From an uncultured bacterium (GTDB taxonomy: Bacteria > Bacillota > Clostridia > Oscillospirales > Ruminococcaceae), in contig CAJMQZ010000001.1 of NCBI GenBank assembly GCA_905215595.1, positions 1 through 53,947 of the forward strand: a stretch of 53,947 nucleotides of DNA. The letters run 5' to 3'. A program made the position numbers and the translations under genes. The notes beneath the pieces were generated by a model. It was not told where the DNA came from. It saw nothing but the letters and a program-made list of their open reading frames with translations, and searched no databases. Positions 26,744 through 37,000 of the stretch are shown in pieces (the stretch's first letter is position 1; each line of letters opens with the position of its first letter).

Positions 26744-27857
26744 TAAGTTCTGGCAGTTCCGCAATCTGGCCGACGATGACCAGAAAGCGGAACTGCTGCT
26801 TTATGGCGATATTTCTGAGCGCAGCTGGTGGGAGGACGCAGCGACCCCGAAACGGTTTGCGGACGACCTTGCCGCCCTGGGCGATGTGAAAGAAATCACC
26901 GTATACATCAACTCCGGCGGTGGTGACGTTTTTGCGGCCCAGGCCATTGGCAATATGCTGGAACGCAATGCCGCTACCGTGACCGCCCACATTGACGGGC
27001 TGTGCGCAAGCGCCGCCACCATCGTTGCCTGCCATGCGGACAAAGTTGTGGCAGCGGCAGACGGCAGCTACATGGTTCATCCGGTCAGCATGGGCGTTTG
27101 CGACTACCTGACCGCAGAGGACATGAAGAACTGTCTGAAAGCACTTGAAACCATCCGCAGCAGCATCATTACTCTGTACGCCAAGAAGTCCGGTAAAACT
27201 GAGGATGAATGCGCCAAGTGGATGGATGAAACAAACTGGTGGACGGCAACGGAAGCCCAAGAAAAAGGCTTCGTAGACGAGGTGGATGACGATGCAGAAG
27301 ATTCCGTTGTGGAGAATCGCAATGGTGTTCTGTTCGTCAACAGCATCAGCATGAACACCCCGTTCAACGAAGCACCCAATTTTGTCAGAAGTCGGGTTAC
27401 GGAAAAACCTGTGAACCGACCTGAAAATATGAACCCGGCGGAAAAGCCGGAACGCAATGACCATGGGGAGGTAAAAGACATGGACATCAAGACCACGGAT
27501 GATCTCCGCAAGGCGTACCCGGATCTGGTAGCCAGCATCGAGAACGAGGCCACCACTGCCGAGCGCACCCGCATTCAGGAGATCGAGAACGCAACTCTGC
27601 CCGGTGCAGAGGATCAGGCCAACGAGGCAAAGTTTACGAAGCCCGTTGATTCTGCATCCTTTGCAAAGGCTGTCATTGCCAGCATGAAGGCAAAACAGCA
27701 GGAGCAGAGCAAGAAATATCTGAAGAATGCAAAGGAAGCTGCGGAAAACTCCAACGCCAACAGCATCGACAACACGCCGCCCGCAAACCCTGAAGCCGAG
27801 GATGAGGAAAGTAAGGCATTCATGAATGCAATCCGCAAGGCTAACGGCGTGAAGTAA
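26700..27857 (+). CDS. ClpP-like prohead protease/scaffold
   Basis: INSGGGDV, GLCASAAT and M.H motifs. Confidence 0.9.
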   Translation: MGKANSQTNPKSTNNKFWQFRNLADDDQKAELLLYGDISERSWWEDAATPKRFADDLAALGDVKEITVYINSGGGDVFAAQAIGNMLERNAATVTAHIDGLCASAATIVACHADKVVAAADGSYMVHPVSMGVCDYLTAEDMKNCLKALETIRSSIITLYAKKSGKTEDECAKWMDETNWWTATEAQEKGFVDEVDDDAEDSVVENRNGVLFVNSISMNTPFNEAPNFVRSRVTEKPVNRPENMNPAEKPERNDHGEVKDMDIKTTDDLRKAYPDLVASIENEATTAERTRIQEIENATLPGAEDQANEAKFTKPVDSASFAKAVIASMKAKQQEQSKKYLKNAKEAAENSNANSIDNTPPANPEAEDEESKAFMNAIRKANGVK

Positions 27858-27870
27858 GGAGGACGGAACT

Positions 27871-28221
27871 ATGAGCATGGATCTTGCAAGAAAAGATTTC
27901 AGCACGGCCCCGGAATATTTCATTGCCGGAACCGACATCGGCATCGCAAAGGCCACCAAGACGGCCAGTGCGGCGGTCGAGGCGCACACCCCTGTTCTGA
28001 TCGAGGGCGGCAAAGTGAAGCCGGTTGCAGATGCAGCCGGTGCAGGTCAGGCGGTTCTTACCGGCCTGTATGGTATTACCGCTGACAGTGCAGAGGCAGA
28101 CAAAGAAGTGCCGATTTATCTGACCGGTGAGTTTTTCGCTGCTGGCCTTGTGCTGCCGAAGAACGTGAGCGTAGACGACGTTGAAGTTCCTCTGCGCAAT
28201 CTCGGCATTTTCCTGAAGTAA
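27871..28221 (+). CDS. Head decoration protein
   Basis: Position; Y..GEF and LR..GI motifs. Confidence 0.75.
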   Translation: MSMDLARKDFSTAPEYFIAGTDIGIAKATKTASAAVEAHTPVLIEGGKVKPVADAAGAGQAVLTGLYGITADSAEADKEVPIYLTGEFFAAGLVLPKNVSVDDVEVPLRNLGIFLK

Positions 28222-28235
28222 GGAGGACAACATTT

Positions 28236-29273
28236 ATGGCTAATGAAGTAAGCATTTATGAGCCTCGGCACCTGATCGAGGTTGTTCGCACCACCCCGCC
28301 GATCCGCACGTTTCTGCGGGATCGCTTTTTCTCCAACGTGAAAACCTTCCCGACCCGCCGCGTTGACATTGATATTGTCAAGGGCAATCGCAAGATGGCT
28401 GCATTCATCCATCCGCTGGTTGGCGGCGAGATCGTGCAGAGCGAGGGCTACGAGACCAAATCCTATGCACCGCCCCTTATCAACCCGGCGACCATCAGCA
28501 CGGCAGACCAGTACATGGAACGCCTGCCCGGTGAAGATCTGTTCTCTGGCCGCACCCCGGCAGACCGTGCAGCAGAAAAGCTGATTGAGGAATACAACCA
28601 GCTGAACGACATGACCACCCGCCGCGAAGAGTGGATGGCCGCACAGGTGCTTACCACCGGCAAGCTGAAGGTCAAGGGCAAGGGCGTGGATGAAGTCATC
28701 GACTTCGGCTTTGGCAACAAGATCACTCTTGAAGGCACGAAGCAGTGGGGCAAGTCCGCCGCTGACCCCTGGGGCAATCTGCGCGACTGGAAGCAGCTGG
28801 TGAGCCGTAACGGCTTTGCCAACGCAGATATGGTCGTCATGGGCAAGGTTGCAGCCGACAATTTCATGGCTGACGGTAAGATTCTGGAACTGATGGACAA
28901 GCGCCGCTTCGACATCGGTTCCATGGCACCCAAAGAGCTGGAAGGTGGCCTGACCTATTACGGCCACATGAACCTGCCCGGTGTGGACGTTTACGGCTAC
29001 GACGAAGTTTATCTGGATGACGCGACCGGCGAGACCAAGCCGCTGATTCCCGATAACATGGTGCTGATGATCCCCAGCAACGCAAACTTCATGCGTGCCT
29101 ACGGCCTGTGCAACTATCTGGATGATGGCGGCAACTGGCACAGCTTTGAGGGCGACCGTCTGCTGCGCACCTATGTGGAGCATCGTCCCGACCGTCGCTT
29201 CATTGAGCTTCAGAGCCACCCGCTGCTGATCCCTGATAAGGTAGATTCCTGGCTGGTAGCTGAGGTTTGCTGA
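28236..29273 (+). CDS. Major capsid protein (lambda gpE family)
   Basis: RREEWMAAQ.L..G motif, size and position. Confidence 0.9.
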   Translation: MANEVSIYEPRHLIEVVRTTPPIRTFLRDRFFSNVKTFPTRRVDIDIVKGNRKMAAFIHPLVGGEIVQSEGYETKSYAPPLINPATISTADQYMERLPGEDLFSGRTPADRAAEKLIEEYNQLNDMTTRREEWMAAQVLTTGKLKVKGKGVDEVIDFGFGNKITLEGTKQWGKSAADPWGNLRDWKQLVSRNGFANADMVVMGKVAADNFMADGKILELMDKRRFDIGSMAPKELEGGLTYYGHMNLPGVDVYGYDEVYLDDATGETKPLIPDNMVLMIPSNANFMRAYGLCNYLDDGGNWHSFEGDRLLRTYVEHRPDRRFIELQSHPLLIPDKVDSWLVAEVC

Positions 29274-29274
29274 T

Positions 29275-29664
29275 ATGCTGGACGTTGACCAGAATTACGG
29301 CGAACCGGACACCCCGAAGCCGCTCCCTACGTTCAAAGACTATGTGGCGCAGGATGTGGAAACGGTGTTCTTCAACCTGAGCGAGTTTGCAGAAGAACGC
29401 TACATAGATGATAAGCAGATGCTCTGCATTACCCAGCACCCCGGCGTAAATGAACGTGCGGCGCACTGGGAGGGCGGAGCAAAACAGTCCTTTGACCAGG
29501 GAATGTATAAGGCCGATCTGCTGCTGTTCGTGAAACAGAAAGACTACGGCCCGATGCCAAAGAACGGTAAGCAGATCACACTGGATAAGAAGCGGGACTA
29601 CAAAATCAAGTCCTGCTCCCTGAAGGCGGGAGTTTACCGGATGGAATTGGAAAGGGTGAGGTAA
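29275..29664 (+). CDS. Head-tail connector protein
   Basis: FFN..EFA motif and position. Confidence 0.65.
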   Translation: MLDVDQNYGEPDTPKPLPTFKDYVAQDVETVFFNLSEFAEERYIDDKQMLCITQHPGVNERAAHWEGGAKQSFDQGMYKADLLLFVKQKDYGPMPKNGKQITLDKKRDYKIKSCSLKAGVYRMELERVR

Positions 29665-29665
29665 G

Positions 29666-30370
29666 GTGGCATACTTCCATACCAACTACGACGCTTCCAC
29701 CATGACGGTTTCTGTCAATGACGAAGAAGTGTCCCGTGCCCTTGGCGTGTTGTCGAACAAGACCCCGGCAGCGCTGAAGGTGGCGGTCAACACCACGGCC
29801 AGACAGACGCGAAAGCTGATGCTGACCGAGGTTAAGAACCGTTATGACCTCAACGCGGCTGGCAGGCGTATGATCGAAGATCTGCGTCAGCGGCAGAGAG
29901 CGACCAACCGCCACCCGACGGCTATCCTTGCCATCATGAAGAACGACCCCGGCGCATTCCGGGCAGACCTGGGCTATTTCAGAACCAGCCCCACAAAGCC
30001 CTTCATGGGTCCGTCTGTTCGCAATGCGCCGCCTGTTTTTCAGGCACACGTTCTGAAAGGCAGTCCGATGATCGGTCTGAGCGGAACCGGCGAAAGGAGC
30101 AAGGGCTTCCTGGTTCAGTTTAAGTCGAAGCACATCGGTATGGTACAGCGCCAGTTGGGCGTGCCAGCTGACAAAGACTATACCGAGAGTGGAAAAGAAC
30201 GCTGGAAGCCGAACGAAAAGCTGGTCACGATGTCCAGCCCTTCCGGCTCTGCGATGCACCACACGGTGTGGGAAATGCAGGAAACGACCGTGGAACAGAT
30301 GCTTCAGGACAACACCGAACGACGAATCCGGCAGCTGATCGCCAATGCAAAGCGAAAGGGTGTAATCTGA
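29666..30370 (+). CDS. Minor tail protein Z-like
   Basis: Basic protein in the neck cluster. Confidence 0.6.
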   Translation: MAYFHTNYDASTMTVSVNDEEVSRALGVLSNKTPAALKVAVNTTARQTRKLMLTEVKNRYDLNAAGRRMIEDLRQRQRATNRHPTAILAIMKNDPGAFRADLGYFRTSPTKPFMGPSVRNAPPVFQAHVLKGSPMIGLSGTGERSKGFLVQFKSKHIGMVQRQLGVPADKDYTESGKERWKPNEKLVTMSSPSGSAMHHTVWEMQETTVEQMLQDNTERRIRQLIANAKRKGVI

Positions 30371-30371
30371 T

Positions 30372-30878
30372 ATGGCCGAAAAGATCACCGGGTATACCAG
30401 CGAAATGTGCCAGCAAGCCATGATGGACGAGCTGGAAGAACTGTTCCGGGACATGAAGTTTACCGGACAGGAGGGAGAAAAGCCCCTCAAGATTTATAAG
30501 CAGTTTTTGCCGACACAGACGGACAACGATGATGACATTGACACAAACGATGCCATGTACCCCTGCATCATCGTAATCGAATCGAGCGGCGAGGTCGATA
30601 ATGACCATGATCCGCAGCTGGTTCTCATGCAGCTGGTTATTTGCAGCTATGACCGTGGAATTGATCGGCAGGGGTATGTGGAGACCGTAAACATCAAAGA
30701 AACGATTATGCAGCACTTCAAGCGCAAGCCGGTTTTCGGCGGGGCATTTGAGGTGGGCTATCCCAGAAAGTGGGAACTTTCGGACGATGACATGGATCAC
30801 TACTACTGGGGAATTGTGAATCTGATCTGCAAGACCCCGAACGCACTGAAAAATGAAGAAGTGGAGGCGTTGATTTAA
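30372..30878 (+). CDS. Tail completion/terminator protein
   Basis: Acidic, YP.IIV motif, before sheath. Confidence 0.6.
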   Translation: MAEKITGYTSEMCQQAMMDELEELFRDMKFTGQEGEKPLKIYKQFLPTQTDNDDDIDTNDAMYPCIIVIESSGEVDNDHDPQLVLMQLVICSYDRGIDRQGYVETVNIKETIMQHFKRKPVFGGAFEVGYPRKWELSDDDMDHYYWGIVNLICKTPNALKNEEVEALI

Positions 30879-30879
30879 T

Positions 30880-31176
30880 ATGGGCACTGAAAAGAAAGCA
30901 GCGGCAGAAGTTCAGGAAAATCAGCCTGAACAGACCGTAGCGCAGGTGCAGGTTCCCGTGGCATATTGCGGCCCGACCATCAAGGGCATCGCACCGCAGT
31001 ACACGGTTTTCGTGGACGGCCTGCCCGACAAGCTGAAAGAAAAAGTGGAACAGGTGCCGCTTCTGAAAGCACTGATCGTTCCGCTGGACAAACTCGCTGA
31101 AATGCGGGTGAAACTGGAACAGGACGGCACCAGAGAAAATATTCTCTGCAACAAGGCTGCTGCCCTGATGAAGTAA
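30880..31176 (+). CDS. Hypothetical tail-region protein
   Basis: YCGP motif; precedes sheath. Confidence 0.6.
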   Translation: MGTEKKAAAEVQENQPEQTVAQVQVPVAYCGPTIKGIAPQYTVFVDGLPDKLKEKVEQVPLLKALIVPLDKLAEMRVKLEQDGTRENILCNKAAALMK

Positions 31177-31190
31177 GGAGGATATGACAG

Positions 31191-32648
31191 ATGGCTATTT
31201 CGCATGGCTTTAACAAGACCGAAGCAGCGACCAGCGTCACCGCTCCGGTAACGGTCAACTCCGGCCTGCAGATCGTTGTGGGTACGGCCCCCGTTAATAT
31301 GCTGGATGACCCGGAAGCAGCGGTGAACACGCCGCTGCTGGTGAATACCTTCAAAGAAGCCGCCGCCGCAGTGGGCTATTCCGACGATTTTGCAAAGTAT
31401 ACCCTGTGTGAGGCAGTGAGCGCCAGTTTTCAGGTGATGGGCATTTCCCCTATCGTCGTGGTCAACGTCCTGGATCCTGCGAATGCAAAGCACATCACTG
31501 AACTGTCCAACAAGACCGTTCAGGTGAATGACGGCATTGCAGAGATCGACGAGACCGGCATCCTGCTGAAAAAGCTGGTCGTGAAGAAGGAGCAGACCGT
31601 GCTCACGGCGGACGAGGACTATTCGGCCAGCTTCAATGATGATGGCACTGTGAGCATCGCCCTGGTCAACGGCGGCAAAGGCGACGGCGCAACGGCCCTG
31701 ACCGTTTCCGGTTCCATTCTTGACCCGACCAAAATCACCGCTGCCGACATCGTGGGCGGCGTGAATGCGGCCACCGGTGCAGAGACCGGACTGGAAGTGG
31801 TAAGACAGGTGTTCCCCAAGCTGGGCATGGTTCCCGGCATTCTGCTGGCACCCCGCTTCTCCAAGGATCCCATGGTGTGCGCAGCGCTCCAGGCAAAGTG
31901 CCGCAAGATCAATGGCGTTTTCGATGCAGTGTGCTTTGTTGACATCGACAGTTCCGCTTCCGGTGCACGCAAGTACACCGACGTGGCAAACCAGAAGGTC
32001 AAGCAGGGCGCAACTTCTCGTGAAGCATATGGCCTGTGGCTGTACGGCAAGATCGGCAGCACCATCTACAGCGGTAGCTCTCTGGCCGCTGCTGCGGCAG
32101 TCTACAACGACAGCCTGTACAACGACACGCCCAATGCCAGCCCGTCCAATGTCAGCGTACCCATTTCCTCCGCCTGCCTGGAAGATGGCACCGAAGTCCT
32201 GATGGATCAGGAGCAGGGCAATGTTCTGAATGAGCAGGGCGTGGCGACCTTCATCCGCTCCGGCGACTTTGTTGTGTGGGGCAATGAGACCTGCTGCTAT
32301 CCGAAAAACACCGACCCGAAGGACGCTTTCCTTTGTGTCCGCCGCTTCTTCAACCACTCCTGGACCAGCTTTGTTCTGGACAACATGAGCAAGCTGGATA
32401 AGCCCATGAACAAGAAACGCCTTCAGTCCATCATCGACAGCGAGAACATGAAGGGCAGTGTCTATGTCTCTACCGAGGTGTGCGCCAGCTACAGCATGAA
32501 GGCAGACCCCGACCGCAACACGACCGCTGAACTGGTTGCAGGCCACTACTCCTTCTATCAGTTCTGCACGCCGTTCCCGCCTTTTAAGCAGATCAACAAC
32601 ACCATGGAGTATGAGGCCGGCGCACTGACCTCGGCTCTGTCTCTGTAA
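31191..32648 (+). CDS. Contractile tail sheath protein
   Basis: HG..., GTAP, SPSN, WGN.T and VRR motifs. Confidence 0.92.
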   Translation: MAISHGFNKTEAATSVTAPVTVNSGLQIVVGTAPVNMLDDPEAAVNTPLLVNTFKEAAAAVGYSDDFAKYTLCEAVSASFQVMGISPIVVVNVLDPANAKHITELSNKTVQVNDGIAEIDETGILLKKLVVKKEQTVLTADEDYSASFNDDGTVSIALVNGGKGDGATALTVSGSILDPTKITAADIVGGVNAATGAETGLEVVRQVFPKLGMVPGILLAPRFSKDPMVCAALQAKCRKINGVFDAVCFVDIDSSASGARKYTDVANQKVKQGATSREAYGLWLYGKIGSTIYSGSSLAAAAAVYNDSLYNDTPNASPSNVSVPISSACLEDGTEVLMDQEQGNVLNEQGVATFIRSGDFVVWGNETCCYPKNTDPKDAFLCVRRFFNHSWTSFVLDNMSKLDKPMNKKRLQSIIDSENMKGSVYVSTEVCASYSMKADPDRNTTAELVAGHYSFYQFCTPFPPFKQINNTMEYEAGALTSALSL

Positions 32649-32664
32649 GCAGGAGGAATGACCT

Positions 32665-33198
32665 ATGGCTCTGAATATTTCCAGTGACCTGGTTCCCCAG
32701 GTCATCAATGACTACAATGCGTACACGGAAGATGACCTGCTCATTGGTCTGGCGGATGAAATCACCCTGCCCAAGATCAAGAACAAGACCACCTCCGTGT
32801 CCGGCATGGGCATTGCGGGCGAAGTCGATTCTCCCGTGCCCGGTCAGTTTGAATCCATGGAGGCAACGCTGAACTGGAACACCATGTACAGCTACGCCAC
32901 CAAGATGATGAACCCCAACAAGAACATCCAGATCACCCTGCGTGCTGCTATGCAGAACGACAACAAGAACGGCGGCTACACCTACAAGGGCCTGCGCGTC
33001 GTCCTGGGTGGTCGTCCCAAGGAGCTGGATCCCGGCAAGCTGAAGCGTGCCGACACCATGGGCAGCACCACCACGCTGGAAGTCACCCGTTACCTGATGG
33101 AGGTTGACGGCACTACCGTTATCGACATCGACAAGTTTGCGGGCCGCTACTATGTTGATGGCGAGGATATGCGTGCCGAGATCAACGCTCTTACCTAA
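32665..33198 (+). CDS. Tail tube protein (P2 FII-like)
   Basis: LP.I...T...G.G..GE and IDK....VDG.D motifs. Confidence 0.88.
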   Translation: MALNISSDLVPQVINDYNAYTEDDLLIGLADEITLPKIKNKTTSVSGMGIAGEVDSPVPGQFESMEATLNWNTMYSYATKMMNPNKNIQITLRAAMQNDNKNGGYTYKGLRVVLGGRPKELDPGKLKRADTMGSTTTLEVTRYLMEVDGTTVIDIDKFAGRYYVDGEDMRAEINALT

Positions 33199-33267
33199 AC
33201 CCGATACATGAAGAAGTCAGCCGTCCCGGCGTGGGGCGGCTGACTGTCTTTTGGAAAGGAAACAGCA

Positions 33268-33891
33268 ATGGAAAATATCGTGAAGTTCGATAAACCTTAT
33301 AAGTTCGAGGGCAAGGAGTACGACAGCCTGGATCTGTCAGGCATGGAGAAGATGACCGTACAGGACTTGATCGACATTCAGAAAAACATCGGCAACGAGC
33401 TGGCGGCCATGTCCGTGATGGAAATGACCACTTCTTTTGCACAGGAAATGGCCGTTAAGGCCACCGGTAAGCCTGTGGAGTTCTTCAAGCTCATGCCCCG
33501 TGGCAAGATCAAGAAAGTGCAGGCAGCGGTCGTCAAGGGTATGGACAACAGCGAGAACGCCGATGAAGTGAAAAAACAGCTGGAATCTCACACCCTGAAG
33601 TTTGCAGCGCCCTACACCTACGAGGGCAGCGAAAAGGCTGAGCTGAAGGGTAAGACCTTTGACAGCATCGACCTGTCCGGCGTGGGCGAACTGAACACTA
33701 TGAGCGAATCCATGGCAGAAAACCGTATGGCTGCGGGCGGATTTGCACCGGTGAATACGCATCGCAACTACCTGTACTGCTGCATCATCGCCAGCATGGG
33801 CACCGGCTACCCGGTGGACTTCTTTGCCGGTCTGCCGCTGTGCGAGGCGGTCAAGCTACGCGATGCCGTAAACTCTGATTTTTTCGAGTAA
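33268..33891 (+). CDS. Tail assembly chaperone with internally duplicated domain; -1 frameshift product extends to 34040
   Basis: KF..PY..EG...DS.DLSG occurs twice; T TTT TTC slippery site at 33879-33885. Confidence 0.8.
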   Translation: MENIVKFDKPYKFEGKEYDSLDLSGMEKMTVQDLIDIQKNIGNELAAMSVMEMTTSFAQEMAVKATGKPVEFFKLMPRGKIKKVQAAVVKGMDNSENADEVKKQLESHTLKFAAPYTYEGSEKAELKGKTFDSIDLSGVGELNTMSESMAENRMAAGGFAPVNTHRNYLYCCIIASMGTGYPVDFFAGLPLCEAVKLRDAVNSDFFE

Positions 33892-34018
33892 AAGGCGGGG
33901 CAAAAGGACTTCGGAAAGCAGCTATCCAGCTATCCATTGCCACGCATTCCAACATGACGGATCTGCTGCACCTGCCCCGGCGGGAGCTGGTGGATCTGTG
34001 TAACGAGGTGGCAGACGT

Positions 34019-37000
34019 ATGGCGGGAAATGGAGCACTAGACCTCAGCATCCGCATCATGGGCAAGGTGGACCCATCCCTTGTAACTGCAATAAAGCAGA
34101 CGAAGGGGCTGACCGGTGATCTGGCGAGCGCACTGACGGGAACAAAGTCGCTGGGCAGCACGGTAGCAAACACTCTGGGCGTAATCGGAAAGACTGGGCT
34201 TGGAATCATGGCGACGCTGACAACTGCGTCCGCTGTCATGATTAAAAAGACAACCTCCATGGCAGAGGAATACCAAGCCCAGGCGGCAGATGCAGTCAAG
34301 TATGTTGGCGGCATCATGAACGATGACGGCAGCATTGACCCGGAAAAGCGTGCCACCATGGAGGACGCGATCCTCAAGATGACTACGCAGGTCCCAATCA
34401 AACGGGACGAGATGGCGCAGATCGCCGCATCGCTGGGACAGTCCGGTAAGAGCTATGAGCAAATCTTTCTGGATAACCAGCAAACCGGAGAAAAAAGCTA
34501 CCTGTACGATACGGCCAGGCTAGCTGCCGCGTGGGACATTGATGCAAAGTCTGCGGCCGATTATATGGCAAAGTGGGAAACCGCTTTTGGTAAGACCCAC
34601 AACCAGATTATCGACATTGCAGATTCCATCAACTATCTGGGCGGCCACATGGCTACCACGGCGGCGGAAATCGCCAGCGTGGTGAATACGTCCGGCGGTG
34701 TCGGCCAGACAGCCGGCGTTGACCTGCACACGACCTCTGCGCTGGCAGCCACCATGCTGGCTATGGGCGTTAATGAGGGAAAGGCTGGAACAAGCCTGAA
34801 CCGTGTGTTTACAAACATCACCCTTGGCAACAGTGCAACGGATGCGCAGGTGGGCGCATGGAACAGACTCGGTTTTGATCCTGTGCAGATTGCAAAGGAT
34901 ATGCAGTCCACCGGGCCGAACGGAGAAGATGGTGCAGCAAGCACTCTGTACAAAGTCTTTGAGGCGATCTCGAAACAGGACAAGTACCAGCAGACTGCGA
35001 CCATCAAGACACTGTTTGGACAGTGGGCCATTGAGGGCGTTTCAAAAATTGTGGGCAACTTGCCTGCGTTCCAGAATGCCTTGCTTATGGCTGGTGATAC
35101 CAGCGCATACAGCGGCAGCATGGAGAAAGAATTGCTTGTTCGTCTGGACACCAGCAAAGCGGTAAGCCAGATGGCAAGTAATGCGACAGACCGCCTGCTT
35201 ATCAATGTGGGCAATCAGTTCCTTCCGGCAAAGAAAGAACTGACATCCATGTGGATCGACATAGCAAACGGTATCACCGAGAGCTTGCCAGATCTGTCCA
35301 ACATCGTCAATGGCATTCTGCCGATGTTGCACTCCGCGCTGCTTGGAATTGGCAATGCGGCGCAGGCGGCATTGCCGTGGATCCAGAAGGGCATCGACTA
35401 CACTACAGAGCATGGGCCGGAAGTGGCAGGGGCCATTGCTGCCATAGTCGCGGCGTTCGGAGCTATGAGCTTTGCACCGACGGCTTATAGCACAGGATCC
35501 TCGCTGCTGAACACCATCGGGAACATTGCAATCGGCGGAAAACCGAGCGGTGCCCCAGGCGGAACATTCGGAGGCATCACTGTCCGAAATCTGATGGGCG
35601 CACTGACACCCACAAGCCTGATCCAACGGGCAGTTGGTGGCGCATCCTTTGTAAAATCGAATGCCGGAATGTTTGCTGAAAATGCAAAGTACGGCGTTCA
35701 GATGGCCGGTGCCGGAGCGCAGCAGCCCACAACGCGCCTTGGAAAAATTGGGCAGACGCTGGACGGCGCTGGTGTCGGCATCTGGGCAACACTGAAAAAT
35801 TTCAAGGGCCTGCGAAGCGGAACCAAGAAAGGAAACACCGGTTTTGTAAATGATGTGCTGGAAGCTAGCACGAACGGTGGCCTGCTGGGCGTGCTGAAAA
35901 ACTCCGGCTCCGGTAGGTATGTTTCCAATGTCGGGCAATCGCTGGGCGGCCTGAAAAATGCTCTGGTGGGGTTCGGAAGCGGCAATCCGGTTGGACGATT
36001 TATCGCCAAGACCGGCGGTGTTGCGGGACAGATTCTTTCCGGCATTGCAGGACCGAACGGTCTTGACCTTGGAGGTATGGCCGGTGGAGTGAAAAATTTC
36101 CTCGGTGCAGGAAAGACGGTCATTGGAAATGGGCTGTCCAATGCATGGCAGACCGTCAGCCAGTCCAAAGTGGGTTCTACCGTCCTCGGTGTCGGCAGCA
36201 AGGTGGCGGGTGCAGCATCCAAAATCGGCGGCGGCGCTTTGAGCACGGTGAAGGGAGCTTTGAATGTCGGCGGCGCAGGGCTGAACGTACTGGGTACGAC
36301 GGTAGGCCCAGTGGCCGCAAAACTGGGCGGCGGTTTTATGTCGCTGCTTGGCACATTCGGCCCCGTTATTACCGGTATCGGTACGATCGTTGCGGCGGTT
36401 TCACTGCTGGGAGATCACTTCGAGGACATCCGCAACATCGTCGGAACAGTATTTGGCGAAGGCGGGCTTGCCGTCTTTGACAAATTCACCGGAAAGATAG
36501 CGGGTATCGGCGACACCGTGAAGCAGGTGTTCGGGCAACTCACCACCCCGGAGGGCTTGCAGAGCATCCAGGAAAAGCTATCCGGCTTCAGTATCGGAGG
36601 GCTAAATCTGGGTGACGTGTTCGGAGCTATGACCCCTGCCATCCAGACGGTTATGCCGTTGATTGAATCGTTCGCCGGTGTGTTCTCTCAGATTGTAGAT
36701 CTGGGAGTAAACCACATCAAGCCGGTGCTGACTGAGATCTTCGGCTTTATCGTGAATGAAGGCATTCCGGCGGTCATGCCGCTGCTGTCTACGGTGGTAA
36801 GCCTGGTAGGCACCACACTGGTCAACGCCATCAAGGTGGCGGTGGATCTGGTGGGTAAGGTGCTTCCTGTGGTAGAGCCTGTGATTCTGGGCATCATCGG
36901 CTTCCTGAAGCAGGTTGCAACCATCGGTGTGAAAGCGGTCAACTTCATCATTGGGGCGCTGAACAAAATTCAGCTCACAATACCGGAAACGCTGTTCGGC

